From Octopus vulgaris (lineage: Eukaryota), in NCBI GenBank assembly GCA_951406725.2, contig OX597824.1:16740001-16804000 (forward strand): a stretch of 64,000 nt of DNA. The letters are read 5' to 3'. Below the pieces are notes generated by a model. That model saw only the letters and a list, made by a program, of their open reading frames with translations, was not told the DNA's origin and searched no databases. Positions within the stretch are counted from its first letter, which is position 1; each line of letters starts with the position of its first letter. The position numbers and the translations under genes were made by a program. Below, piece after piece: positions 42,124 through 55,363 of this stretch.

Positions 42124-42299
42124 ATATCCAAGAACGTGAGGACGTGGAACAAGTATAGTGTTATTGGACGCTCAAGAAAGGAAAGAAAGAAGGAGAATTA
42201 ACGTTTCGAGTGGAGCTCTTCGTCAGAAAAATAGGAAAAGGAAAGATCCAAGAAAGAGAAGACGGAGGAAAATATCGCCAACGATACACACGCGGTCAC
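42119..42299 (-). mobile_element. Family H1 short element with minimal hammerhead, canonical CTGACGA core
   Basis: Minus strand TTTT-CTGACGA-A-GAG-CTCCA-CTC-GAAA-CGTT-AATT at 42196-42230; abuts (TA)n. Confidence 0.7.
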
Positions 42300-42847
42300 C
42301 GTAGTTGAGTACAGTATAAAGCTCCTCCATCTTCAAATATTACTCGGTGCCATCCACCAGTAGTATTACACGTACTGCAACATTTGTGTTGGGGCTACTG
42401 CAGTGTGTGAATAGATAAGTTGGCGTCAAAAAGAAAAGTGTACCGCAGAACATTTATTTGTAATCACTACAATTGTTTCCACGCAACGTAGTTCTCCAAA
42501 TTCGCAAGTACTTTGTTATGTATCCGTTTCCTTGCATTATGAGATCTCGTTGTGCTTCCTCGGGTGATATATAAATAGTGTTTACTTAAACACAAATTCT
42601 CAATTTCAAGCGCATCCTTTGTGAAGGTCGTGATGTGCGTTAAGTAGTATCCACACGGTGTATTGATAGATACAGTGGGGGGAAATGAATATTCGTACAT
42701 GTCAAAATTCTTTATTTATTTAATTTCTAATGAATACCAATACTATATTTGCATACACATGCATAAACTAAGAATATGCAAAAGAAACTAATAAATTATA
42801 CTAATTAAACTAATATATATATAGATTAATATTCATCGAGCGGGGCA

Positions 42848-42891
<44 letters not shown>

Positions 42892-42904
42892 AGAGAAATT
42901 CATA

Positions 42905-43420
42905 GATATGTTTCTTTATTAGCCACACAGGGCTGCACACAGATAGAACAAATTACAAGGTAGAGCTTTTCTTTTGAAGGTTTAAAAAAAAAAAAAAAGG
43001 AAGGGGAGTTTCGATCAAAAGGGATCGTAAAAGGAGAGAAAGAGGACAAAAAAAGGGGGTTAAAAAAAGGGGGAGAGGAAAAAAAAATGATCAATAGGGA
43101 TCGTTATCACAGAAATGTCAATATGAAGTGTAAAGGGGAGGACAGGTGAGGTTTACCCGTGGAAAGAAAAGCCTACGGAAAAGACCACGGTAACCTCGGC
43201 AATGGAGTCACATGTTATATTTCTTTTTTTTTTTTTTTGCAAATAAGCAACTCTCTGTTTTCAATTTCTGGGTTCATAGGATCATGCTCAAGGTGGCTTC
43301 GTCATTCATACGTGCCATTCTTGCTACATTCACCCATCTTTTTTTAAAACATTCGCTAGACAAAACTTGCCTCTCTACTCTCACTTTCCTTTTCAAGTGG
43401 TACTTGAAAAAGTTGATGAG
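42905..43420 (-). mobile_element. 3' end of an L1/Tx1-like LINE (ORF2 C-terminus plus 3' UTR)
   Basis: [29 protein letters not shown]...* resembles Tx1-type ORF2 ends; pyrimidine-rich UTR ending AATAAAGAAAC; lies between microsatellites. Clade is a judgement. Confidence 0.6.
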
Positions 43421-43441
43421 ATATATATATATATATATATA

Positions 43442-43496
43442 TAGATAGATAGATGGATGGGTGGATGGATAGATAGATAGATAGATAGATAGATAC

Positions 43497-43550
<54 letters not shown>

Positions 43551-43553
43551 TGG

Positions 43554-43590
<37 letters not shown>

Positions 43591-43650
43591 TGATAGATAG
43601 ATAGATAAATAACTAGATAGATAGACCGATAGAAAGATATATATATATAT

Positions 43651-43683
<33 letters not shown>

Positions 43684-43734
43684 CAGATAGATAGATAGAC
43701 AGATAGATAAATAGATAGATAGATAAATAAATAT

Positions 43735-43792
<58 letters not shown>

Positions 43793-43800
43793 GGATAGAT
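43442..43800. repeat. (TAGA)n microsatellite
   Basis: Direct reading. Confidence 0.97.
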
Positions 43801-44467
43801 ACCATACGAAAGATAGATACCAGAGATAGGGGCTTATGAAACAGACACAGACATACGTGTACACGAATTTATGACATACTTGAAGAGCAACAAATCAATA
43901 GTGTAACGTTTAGTATTCTGAACATCATTTCCCAGTTCATCGCTACTCACAATACAGCGCCGCCATCGTTCTTGTCGACAATACTTCGACCACAACTGTC
44001 ATCATCATATTTGTCGTCCGTCGTCGTCGTCATCATCATCATCATCATCATCTTCTTCCTCTTCTTCTTTTTTCTTCTTCCTCTTTTTCTTCTTCTTCTT
44101 CTCTTTCTTTTCTTCTTCTTTTTCTTTTCTTCTTTTTCTTTTCTTCTTCTTCTTCTTTTTCTTCTTCTTCTTCTTCTTCTTCTTCTTCTTCCCTTCTTCT
44201 CCTCCTGTTGCTGCTGCTGCTGCTGCTTCGGCTGCTGCTTATGATGATGATGACGACGATGACGACGACGATAAAGATTCTTCGATTTGCGTGTTTGTAC
44301 AAGAAATATTACAGTGTTACTTAGCCTTAAAACATCATCCGGTTTTCTGTATAAAAGAGGGAAACCTACTTTATGTATATATGGTATATATATATAAATA
44401 TATATATATATATAAATATAAATATATATATACCCACACACATATATATTCGTATATATATATATAT

Positions 44468-44504
<37 letters not shown>

Positions 44505-44742
44505 TATACATATATATATACTCATGCATATACATGCGTGTGCATGTGCACGACGCGCATGTGAGTGTGTGTGTGTGTGTGTGTGTGTATCTCTATGTAT
44601 TTAGTTATGCATATGTGTACGTGTAAGTCTTGTTTTCTATGCTAGAAGTGAAACATTGTTTTAATATGAAAAAATATCAGGGAAGTACATCCCGAAACCA
44701 AAAGCAATGGAAATTTACCATTACTTGGGGGTGTTCCTGAAA

Positions 44743-44785
<43 letters not shown>

Positions 44786-45008
44786 ACATGTATAAAACAC
44801 AAACTCGCGCTTATGCACATATACGGTCCCGTCACACGCATGAACATACACGCACATATGCGTTGGCACGCGTACATATATGAGTGTGTGTGTCTGTATG
44901 TATATTCTCATTTATATGATTATATAAGAACATATATTGTCGTATGTGTACAGTATAGATAAACTGAGATAAACTTATACATTTATGAACGTATACATTT
45001 ATCCGTCA

Positions 45009-45070
<62 letters not shown>

Positions 45071-45107
45071 GTATATATATATGTATATATATACGTATAT
45101 ATATATG

Positions 45108-45213
<106 letters not shown>

Positions 45214-46884
45214 TATACACTCTCAATCACACACATATACCCACACACAAATCTATGTTCTTGAGTGTGTGTTTGAGAAATTCGGTGTATGTGTATATAA
45301 TATATATTAGTCGCGGATGTATATGTATTCATACACGATATACTTCATCCCTATAAAATGCATATCCTCTTATATATGCACTCACGTACATATATGCATG
45401 CATACATACATACATACATAAATACATACATACATATATATCTGAACGTGAGATACATAACGAAAAGTTTAAAGAGAACCAACGAAATAAATTATAAACA
45501 CAGAGAAACTGTAAGACGAGCGCAAATAGCTAAAAATATGAAAAATCCGGAGTGGGACTGAGGAGCGAATGGAAGGCAGAGAAGAAGGGTTGTAAGGAAG
45601 GAATATTGACGTCATTTGATGTTAGGAGGCACAGTTCTTTCCCTTGCTGGCAGTGGTTTATTTAAATGTGAACCTGTTTAAATTTGTATAAAGGTGACAT
45701 TTTCTTAATTTAAAGAAAAGATAGCTGCAAGATGTTTGGCAAATATGACATGCATAGAATTTTTCTGTGCAATTCACAGAATAGGAAATATAGTAAAGAT
45801 GTCTGTGTTTCGTTATTTAAAAATTTGAAACGTAAGTTTTAATAAGAATGTCAAGCAACAAAGAACAAAGCAAACAAAATTAATTGTAGGTTTCGATGTG
45901 CAATTTAAATATAGCAAAAAAAAAAAAATGCAATTTGATATATAACGAATGATGTATACGGAAATAAAAAGCACGAAAATAGCAATTAGGGAAGCGAAAG
46001 AATTGAGACCATAGAGTGTCGAAACAGAATTCTGTATGTTAGTGTGTATAACTATACATATTCATACGCATACACAGATGTATATATTATGCATGTTATA
46101 TATTATCATATTTTCCGACACTTTCATATATATATATATATATATATAATTCAGATGAACATGGTACTTAAGTTGAGACGCCAAAATTTAGTACGGTATT
46201 ATCCATACAACTTCACAGTAAGGTGATTAAAATCAAAATAAGCAACAAGGATATCCAGAGGTAACATACCTCTGGATATCCTTGTTGCTTTAAAAAAATG
46301 GGGAAAATCATTGTCAAAACAGAGTAGCTCTATGTTATTTGGTTCTCCTAGTCCGAAGCTACGTTTTACCGAAAATCCTCAACCCGCCCCCTCGGAAAAG
46401 TTTTCCCCACAAATTTCTTTATAATCGTAATCTATGCCGTTTGAAGGTATTTAGTACGAACTTTCATTAAAAGATACCCATTTTCCTGAAACTTAGAGGT
46501 AAAATAGTAGGATCCAGTGAATTTTCCGAAACGCTTCTCTCCACCCCTCGGAAAAATTATTTCACATAATCCCTATATACTTTGATGCCACAACATCAAG
46601 GGCTACTTGTAGAAAATTTCGATAAAAAGTATCCATATTTCTGGATGTTATGAGGCAACAAATTCGGGGGCCTGTGCATCTATAGTTATGCCCTTTCAGT
46701 TATACGATTTTTTCATTTCATGTTTATTTCATTCATTGTTTGTAATCTTCTCCCTCACCCTCCTCTTCCTCCTCCTCTTTCCTCTCCTCTTCCCCTCCTC
46801 CTCCTCCTCCTCACACACCCCTCCTCTCCTCCTCCTCCTCCTCCTCCTCCTCCTCCCCTCCTCCTCCTTCTCTCCTCCTCCTCA

Positions 46885-47062
46885 CAAACGATGCTTGTGC
46901 GTTTACGTCCCCGTAACTTTGCAGTTCAGCAAAAGAGAACGATAGAATAAGTACTCGGCTTACAAAGAATAAATCCTGGGGTCGATTTTTGCTCGACTAA
47001 AAGGCGGTGCCCCAGCATGGCCACAGTCAAATGACTGAAACAAGTAAAAGAGTAAAAGAGTA
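46885..47062 (+). mobile_element. SINE family C, 3' half
   Basis: Matches full copies. Confidence 0.85.
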
Positions 47063-47279
47063 TATATAAATATGCATAGAGAGAGAGAGAGAAAAAGAGA
47101 GAGGTAGCACGATGTGTCTAAGAACGTAGCTCTTACACCTCGTGTCGTGCTGATGGTAGCCATATTGCTAGACATGTATTGCCAGTGGTTCAGTAATGGT
47201 GTCGGTGGTGGGGAATGTATATATTCTTGCCCCTCATCCTTCCGTCGCGGAACTGCAGCAATGTATCACTAAATGTGTA

Positions 47280-47489
47280 CAGTAATCCCTTTCCACATCT
47301 TTGTTCACTTATCGCGGTTCACCTATCGCGGTTCACCTATCGCGGTTTATTATTTAAGTTTATGCCGATTCTTCCGCGGTGTTGTTTTGCATGTAGAATA
47401 AAGTTAATATATAAAAAATATAAAAAATAATAAAATAGAAATATACAGTATAGTACTTCACGGATTTTCACCTATCGCGGTGTTTACTG
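47280..47489. mobile_element. Tigger-like MITE with TA TSD
   Basis: TA-CAGTAA ... TTACTG-TA ends; internal TTCACCTATCGCGG repeats. Confidence 0.7.
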
Positions 47490-48406
47490 TATTCATTCCG
47501 ACTGTATGCTTCCTGAGTTCAACACTTCTCGTTGCCTACGTAAATAGTAGCATTAAATAACTCCTCCAATTTAATATCAATATTTGGTATTTCCAGTGAC
47601 TTAAGCAAAGTTGACTGTCTTGGAGGTGTTTGGACTTGGATTTTGGTTTAAATATACCATATGACTTCCTCTCTCCTCACACCCATATTATTAGTACATG
47701 CTGGTGAGCATCATATACATACATCCATACATACATACATGCATACATGCATACATACATACGTAGATATATACATATGTAATACACTGCCTAAATACCA
47801 ATCTTGAGAGATTAGGCTTCTCAAAAACAAGAAAGGAGAAAGCTAATTCTAAGGCTACAGATCCAATCCATCACTGGAACTGTAAAAATCTGGAAAACTT
47901 TCCCGAAGTTTATCATTCAAATATATATTACCATGTCAATATTTCTAATTATATGCATGAGAATATATACATAAAACATATGCATACAAACATACATACA
48001 TACATACATACATACATACATACATACATACATACATACATACATACATACATACATACATGCATACATACAAAAATACCCTGTTGTTGATGTTGAAATT
48101 CCAATGAAAGAATCTTGGATCTAGGTTAGAAACGGGTTCTTTCTCTATTTATCAAGAAATCTTGAAATAAACTGAATGATGATGTAAATACATATATACA
48201 TTGGAGTGCACTCACTGCGCAATGGGAAAACACGCTGCCTGACTAAGGAGGAGAACCTACTATCTTCTGATTGTGAAATCTGCTCAATAACCACTACGCC
48301 ACATGCTTTATATACTGCACATATGTACACATACACGCGCACATATGTATATGCCGCTGTGTGAGTGCGCACGAGTTCTCATTCATGTGTATGCATATAT
48401 AAATGA

Positions 48407-48859
<453 letters not shown>

Positions 48860-49172
48860 TATAGAGAAAGGCTGCGGGGGGGAATACGAAATACGCGTAT
48901 CAAAGTATATACAAAGTGATAAGTTATTACCTGAAGACTGATCCTCTCTGCCTGCCTGCCTGCCTGTCTGTCCGTCCGTCCGTCCGTCCGTCTGCCTGTC
49001 TCTCTTCCGCGTCTATAATTTTTGTCTAACCAGTGTATCTTTCGTTCCATCAACTTCACGCGCTTTCACCTCTCACTTTTATTTCGTTCTTCTACATCAT
49101 CGTTATACATATTCATTCAACCTCCGTTATCCTCACTCGTAATATTCTACAAACACACACACAGGCACACAT

Positions 49173-49203
<31 letters not shown>

Positions 49204-49316
49204 CACACACACATACACACATCTCTGCCTTTGTACACCCTCTGTTCCTCAGCCTCTAACATTCTCTCGTTCTTCTCAATACCTGTGAAAGTCTTGTATA
49301 GGACACATGCATTTTC

Positions 49317-49355
<39 letters not shown>

Positions 49356-49932
49356 CCTCCATTTTTCCTTGGTTTCACCTTTTTTTTTTTTCCTTCTAAA
49401 GAAACTTGTAATTACTTTGCCAAATTATAACTTCTCTATTTCTGTTCTTTTTTTACATGTCTTTTATCAGAGGACATTTATCTATATGGCATCACTTATT
49501 TGGTGACAATTCTGTAGATGTCAGGCGCAATGTAGACCGCATTTAAGAAAATTGAATTGTTTCTAAAGGCCAATTGAATTAGTTTCGTCTTTTGAGAAAA
49601 GACTACAAAGGCAACAATAATTCCAAGGTGTGACAATAAAGATAGGAAATAATTCCAAGTGTGATTTAGAGAGAACTTCTCAAGGAAAATCGACGCCAAA
49701 ACACATAATTCTACATGAACATTGTCTCATCAGTGGTTTATTTGGAAAATGGTCAAAAAAGACAAAAAACATATGGAAACCATATAGGTGACTACAAAAC
49801 ACTGCATATGTAAAGCGTATGTATATATGTAAAACATAAGTATATATATATATAATGGCAGCTATACAAATACTCGCTCGTACAGACAGTCACACGTTCA
49901 CATGTTATTTATATATGTACATATATTTATAC

Positions 49933-49974
<42 letters not shown>

Positions 49975-50035
49975 CTATGTATACTCATATTTATATATGT
50001 ATATATATGTACACATACATTCATATATATATATA

Positions 50036-50473
50036 TATATTTAGTGAAGGGAAGAAATGGAGCCGAACGAAGATTCTACAAAATTCCTTTTTATTATTTT
50101 CTACACATGTTTCAAAGGCTGCAAATTCCCAAATTCGAAAAGCTTGCTGCGCATTTGTTTTGAGATTTTAAATTCCTGGATTTTCCTGAAGAGAAAGCTG
50201 CAGAATGGTCTCCTTATTCAATCCAAATTTGGGAATTTGCAGCCTTTGAAACATGTGTAGAAAATAATAAAAAGGAATTTTGTAGAATCTTCGTTCGGCT
50301 CCATTTCTTCCCTTCACTAAATATATAAAACTTCAATTATCCGCGCTAAAGCACCGGGGCGAAACCCCATGGTCGTAACCTCAACCGTGTCTTTTCTGGT
50401 GTGATTTTTGCTACACAGGTATCGGTTAAATTTTGAATAATCCGTAACAAGATAATTCATTTATTCATTTCAT

Positions 50474-50477
<4 letters not shown>
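50036..50477 (+). mobile_element. (TA)n-embedded fold-back element, about 100-bp perfect inverted arms, Penelope-like pseudo-LTR remnant
   Basis: 50036-50135 is the reverse complement of 50226-50325; unique tail to about 50477; contains a hammerhead. Confidence 0.75.
50180..50265 (+). ncRNA. Type I hammerhead ribozyme, intact core, minimal stem III
   Basis: Stem I ATTTTC/GAAAAT; CTGAAGA 50186-50192; long stem II (GAAA-GCTGCA...TGCAGC-CTTT); GAAA 50248-50251; C-ATGT-G; GTA cleavage triplet ending 50259. Confidence 0.8.
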
Positions 50478-50536
<59 letters not shown>

Positions 50537-50614
50537 AAAAGTGAAGTCGGGGGTTACCGCAGGAATAAAATTATAAGGAAATGTCTCTGAAAAAGGAATC
50601 TTATATATATATAT

Positions 50615-50985
50615 TACTCTTTTACTTGTTTCAATCATTTGACTACGGCCATGCTGGAGCACCATCTTTAGTCGAGCAAATCGACCCCAGAGCTAATTCT
50701 TTGTAAGCCTAGTACATATACTGTCGCTAAGTTACGGGGACGTAAACACACCAGCATCGCTTGTCAAGTGATGTTGGTGACAAACACAGACACACAAACA
50801 TACACACACCTATATATATAAATATACGACGGGCTTCTTCCAGTTTCTATCTACCGAATCCACTCACAAGTCTTTAGTCGGCCTGAGGCTACAGTAGAAG
50901 ACACATGCCTAAGGTGCCACGCGGTGGGACTGAACTCGGAACCATGTGGTTACTAAGCAAGTTGCTTACCACAGAGCCACTCCTA
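50615..50985 (-). mobile_element. SINE family C, near full length
   Basis: Matches 25406-25856. Confidence 0.88.
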
Positions 50986-51070
50986 TATATATATATATAT
51001 ATATATATATTCATTTATAGAAGGAGCTTCTACAGGACTAGAACTGTTTCATTCAAAATAAATCATCAGA

Positions 51071-51121
51071 AGCTTCCTGATGATTTCTTTTGAATGAAAC
51101 AGTTCTTGTCCTGTAGAAGCT
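51071..51121 (+). ncRNA. Type I hammerhead ribozyme, intact core, within an about 120-bp palindrome
   Basis: AGCTTC-CTGATGA-TTTC TTTT GAAT-GAAA-CAG TTCTTGTC CTG-TA-GAAGCT; cleavage predicted after 51115. Confidence 0.8.
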
Positions 51122-51202
51122 CCTTCTATAAAATAAATTAATTTACTCTGCTATGTATTGAGTACCTTATTTACTGTGGTTAACCCCGGCTCAACCGGGA
51201 CC

Positions 51203-51267
<65 letters not shown>

Positions 51268-51280
51268 GTATGTATATATG

Positions 51281-51316
<36 letters not shown>

Positions 51317-51817
51317 TGTATGTATGTATGTATGTATGTATGTATGTATGAATGCATATATTCTTTAGTTCTTTTAGTGTTTGATATCAGTCACTGACCT
51401 GTCATCATGGCGAGTCTCCATCTTGAAATCGTCGGTCAATCACGTCGATCCCACTATAAATCAGATATTACTCCATTATTCTCTATGTGCTGTAGAAATA
51501 CTTTGCAGGACCCAAGCAACCGACACCACACCTCAAAAGGTTCCAAAAATAGTCAAACACAAAATTACACACTGAAAGACACACACACACACATCCACAC
51601 TTAAATCACATACATGCGCGCCCCTTTATAAAATGTTTGCCTCCCTGCATCCAAGTAGGTCGGCAAAATAATAAGTATCAGATAGAATAAGGATCAGACT
51701 TTGGCAAAAATATGTACCGGGGTCGATACGTTCGAGTAAAAATAAATTATTCAAGATGGTTATACATCATGGCTGCAGTCTAATAAATGAAACAAGTAAT
51801 ATATATATATATATATA

Positions 51818-52225
51818 GGCACAGGAGTGGCTGTGTGGTAAGTAGCTTGCTAACCAACCACATGGTTCCGGGTTCAGTCCCACTGCGTCGCATCTTGGGC
51901 AAAGTGTCTTCTGCTATAGCCCCGGGCCGACCAATGCCTTGTGAGTGGATTTGGTAGACGGAAACTGAAAGAAACCTGTCGTATATATGTATATATATAT
52001 ATGTGTGTGTGTGTGTCTGTGTTTGCTCCCAAAGTATTGCTTGACAACCGATGCTGGTGTGTTTACGTCCCCGTCACTTAGCGGTTCGGCCAAAGAGACA
52101 GATAGAATAAGTACTGGGCTTACAAAGAATAAGTCCCGGGGTCGATTTGCTCGACTAAAGGCGGTGCTCCAGCATGGCCGCAGTCAAATGACTGAAGCAA
52201 GTAAAAGAGTAAAAGAGTAAAAGAG
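51818..52225 (+). mobile_element. SINE family C, full length
   Basis: Head GGCACAGGAGTGGCTGTGTGG through (GTAAAAGA)3 tail. Confidence 0.93.
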
Positions 52226-52512
52226 AGAGAGTATATATATATATATGCCCCAAGGACGAACTACCTTAACATATAAGTACAAGAACACCATGCACAAAAC
52301 AAAAACAAATGCAAAATAAAACACACAAATTAACGACAAAAAATTTACCCAAAATTCAAATCCAACGGAGACAAAGATTCAAATGATGACACTAGGATAT
52401 TTTCCTGCTATTCTTAACATGAAGCCAATGAAAGCCTTAATTCACAAATAAAGAAAGTGTATAGCCACCAATTCGATGTTGAGCACTCATTTCATCGTTC
52501 GACACTTACGAA

Positions 52513-52570
<58 letters not shown>

Positions 52571-52571
<1 letters not shown>

Positions 52572-52815
52572 TGTTGTGTCTAGGGAGAGTCATTTTCTTT
52601 ATACGTCTTATAATTTAACCCACTCTGTGGTAAAATTTCCACTTATTCCTTATTTTTATTTTTCTAAAACTTTCGTTGCGTCTTGCAACCTTTTCATTAG
52701 TCTTGACAATTATAAGGCTCAAAAAGAAAATGACTCTTCCCAGATACAGCAGAATATGCTTCAACACACGAACTCGCATAAAGAATCTTGCAAACCAAAT
52801 CCCAAAACGAAGTAA
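52571..52815. mobile_element. (TA)n-embedded fold-back element with degenerate hammerhead-like motif on the minus strand
   Basis: Imperfect arms 52571-52616 / 52708-52752; minus strand CTA-ATGAAAA-G-GTTGC AAGAC GCAAC-GAAA-GTTT-TAG at about 52664-52700. Confidence 0.5.
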
Positions 52816-52825
52816 GTATATATAA

Positions 52826-53029
52826 TATGTGACCTCGTGAGTACCACTGGCGATTTTTTTCTTTTGTCTTCCCTTCTCGGGATCTTTCCTTCTCCTATGT
52901 TTCCGACGAAGAGCTCCGCTCGAAACGTTAAACCCTCCTTCTTCCCTTCTTTCCTGAGCGTCCAATAATACTTTATTTGTTCCACGTCCTCGCGTTGTTG
53001 TTTTGTTTTTTGTGTTTTCTTGTTTGGAT

Positions 53030-53033
<4 letters not shown>
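52826..53033 (+). mobile_element. Family H1 short element with minimal hammerhead (CCGACGA core)
   Basis: GTTT-CCGACGA-A-GAGC TCC GCTC-GAAA-CGTT-AAAC at 52899-52933; flanked by TA-rich tracts. Confidence 0.72.
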
Positions 53034-53077
<44 letters not shown>

Positions 53078-53088
53078 TAGCACGGATT

Positions 53089-53139
53089 TTTGTCAGTGAA
53101 CAGGTCGCGGTCTTAAAGCGACGAAACTATTTTGACAAA
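53089..53139 (+). ncRNA. Hammerhead ribozyme variant with G3-C8 swapped core
   Basis: Stem I TTTGTCA/TGACAAA; core GTGAACA; extra G; stem II GTCGC/GCGAC; GAAA; CTAT-TT; in an about 210-bp island (53072-53280) between (TA)n tracts. Confidence 0.65.
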
Positions 53140-53277
53140 TTGAACTTAAATGTTGAAGTGAATCGAACGGCTTTTGTGTGTTTCTTAAATTGCTTACAAA
53201 CACCTTCCACGCTGCAATTGTTTTCGTTTCAGCACACGATCTCAGATCAAATCACTTGCTATGCAAGTACATCTCCG

Positions 53278-53308
<31 letters not shown>

Positions 53309-53410
53309 ACTTATTTTTAGTTGTAAAAAAATTATTACCTTTGTACGGTATTTAATCCCATGCTGGCCACTTGATAATATCGATATTTAAATATCGATAT
53401 TCTCCTTATT

Positions 53411-53511
<101 letters not shown>

Positions 53512-53667
53512 AACGATGAACGATGATGATGACGATGATGATGATGACGACGGCGTCGGACGGTGATGACGACGGCGTCGGACGGTGATGACGACGATGA
53601 TGACGACGATAATTATGATGTAGATAACAACGACGGTCGCCATGGTCATGATGAAGACGACTACAAC

Positions 53668-53701
<34 letters not shown>

Positions 53702-54189
53702 AATATCATGGAGGCGGAGGTAGGTGTGGTAATAATGATGTCTTCGGTGATAATGTTGGTTATTAGTATCCTATGTAGGCAAACTATTCAAATAAATCTG
53801 AGATGAGGATGGGTGCCTGGCGCAGCTGCTTCACAAAAGCAATAAAACGAATTTCTCTTACACCCATTACAAACCGATTGCTTTTTATCTATCCGCTAGT
53901 GGAAACTAGATTATAACGACAACAATAACTACAACACCATAACTCGAATAATAACTATCACTTCACGCGACTGATTTTGATGTGGTAATAGCAAATGCGC
54001 AGTCTCGGAGAAAACGATGAGTTATACATCATGACAAGGAAGGCTGATATAACAATAAATAATGTGACATAGCAAAAAGGTCTACAACGTAACAACACTG
54101 GCAATGTCATAACGAAAATCGCCTCGAAATTGCAGCAAATAATCTGACGTAATAACACAGGTTATGACAAAGCTAAAAAATCCTAGTCA

Positions 54190-54540
54190 TGATTGATTGA
54201 TTGATTGATTCTAGTTTCAGCTCATGAGCTGTGGCCATGCTGGGGCACCGCCATTTGGTGTTGTTATTTGGTTTTACTTCACGAAAGCTTTTTAGCAACT
54301 GCCATTTGGTGCATGAGAGAGTTCGATGCAGCTGCCCTCATCTGCACCTCCTGCCGTGAAGTTGGTTCATCTGGGACACCTGACAGGAAGAGATCCAGTT
54401 TCATTTTAAAGACATCTGCATCCACCCCATGCAGGTCTCTCAGGTTCTTCGGGAGGATATTGAAGAGCTGTGGGCCTCGGAAGCCCAGGCTATCACAGTA
54501 TCTTGTCCTACATCTTGATGGCAAATTTGGAGTCATAGCA
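54190..54540 (-). pseudogene. 5'-truncated CR1/L2-group LINE: ORF2 C-terminus, 3' UTR, (TCAA)n tail
   Basis: SLGFRGPQLFNILPKNLRDL...VFKMKLDLFLSGVPDEP...RAAASNSL is a typical CR1-group ORF2 end; tail (GATT)n on the plus strand. Confidence 0.85.
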
Positions 54541-54917
54541 ATTATGACTTAACAAAGGTAGTAAATTGACAAATTGCAACAAAAACATGACGAATACTGT
54601 GCTGTAATGGATTGCAGGATTTAAAAGAGAACATGTCATATCAACAAGGAACATGGTATAAGAACAAAGAACGTAGAATAACAAATAAGTAACATGGCAT
54701 AAGAAGGAAAGTTATATGATATAACAAGAACGTTCGTCCTGTAAAATCAAATGTTATGACATAAACAATATAACATATGAAAGAGGAATGGGGTTATACT
54801 TTGACAGAACAACAAAATCTGTGCCGTAACATCTAATATCTAGAACATGCTTCAGATACACACAGGTACACTAGTTTATTCATCCGAACGGAACTGAGAT
54901 GAAATATATCATAAATA

Positions 54918-55363
54918 TATTTCTTTATTACCCACAAGGGGCTAAACATAGAGGGGACAAACAAAGGACAGACAAAAGGATAAAGTCGATTACATCGACC
55001 CCAGTGCGAAACTGGTACTTTATTTATCGACCCCGAAAGGATGAAAGGCAAAGTCGACCTCGGCGGGATTTGAACTCAGAACGTAACGGCAAAACAGTGA
55101 CAAACGAAATATACAGCGCCGGAAGTTGTTGTTGACAAACAACGGCAGTAATTTTATTCGGGTGAATACACGTCATTGATTGGTTGAAATTACCGAAATA
55201 CGGCATCGTTAACACGAAATAGCTTTGAAAATAGAAACTTTTCTCAACAAAAGTAAGAGTAAAAGATGCTTTATATGACACATTCTACCAGAGTCCGAAC
55301 TTTGAAAGTGTTTAATTATAAACAAATTAATTTCTCGATCTGTCGTTGAAAGGGAAAAGATCC
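54918..55363 (-). mobile_element. Truncated family B SINE (54918-55090) fused to one half of the 18763-19218 DNA element (55093-55363)
   Basis: 55093-55363 is the reverse complement of about 18763-19005 and ends ...AAAGATCC. Confidence 0.82.

Noticed and set aside
42460-42710. Possible Tc1/mariner C-terminal relic and TACAGTGGGG TIR start
   Set aside because: Similarity too weak to call by eye.
46007-46036. GAC...GTC-GAAACAG-AATT-CTGTA, like hammerhead stems II/III
   Set aside because: 5' core reads GAATTGA and no stem I forms.
48888-48901. GAAATACGCGTATC hammerhead-like 3' half next to (TA)n
   Set aside because: 5' core and stems I/II missing.
53377-53402. 26-bp perfect palindrome AATATCGATATTTAAATATCGATATT
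   Set aside because: Low complexity; explicable by local duplication of a short palindrome.
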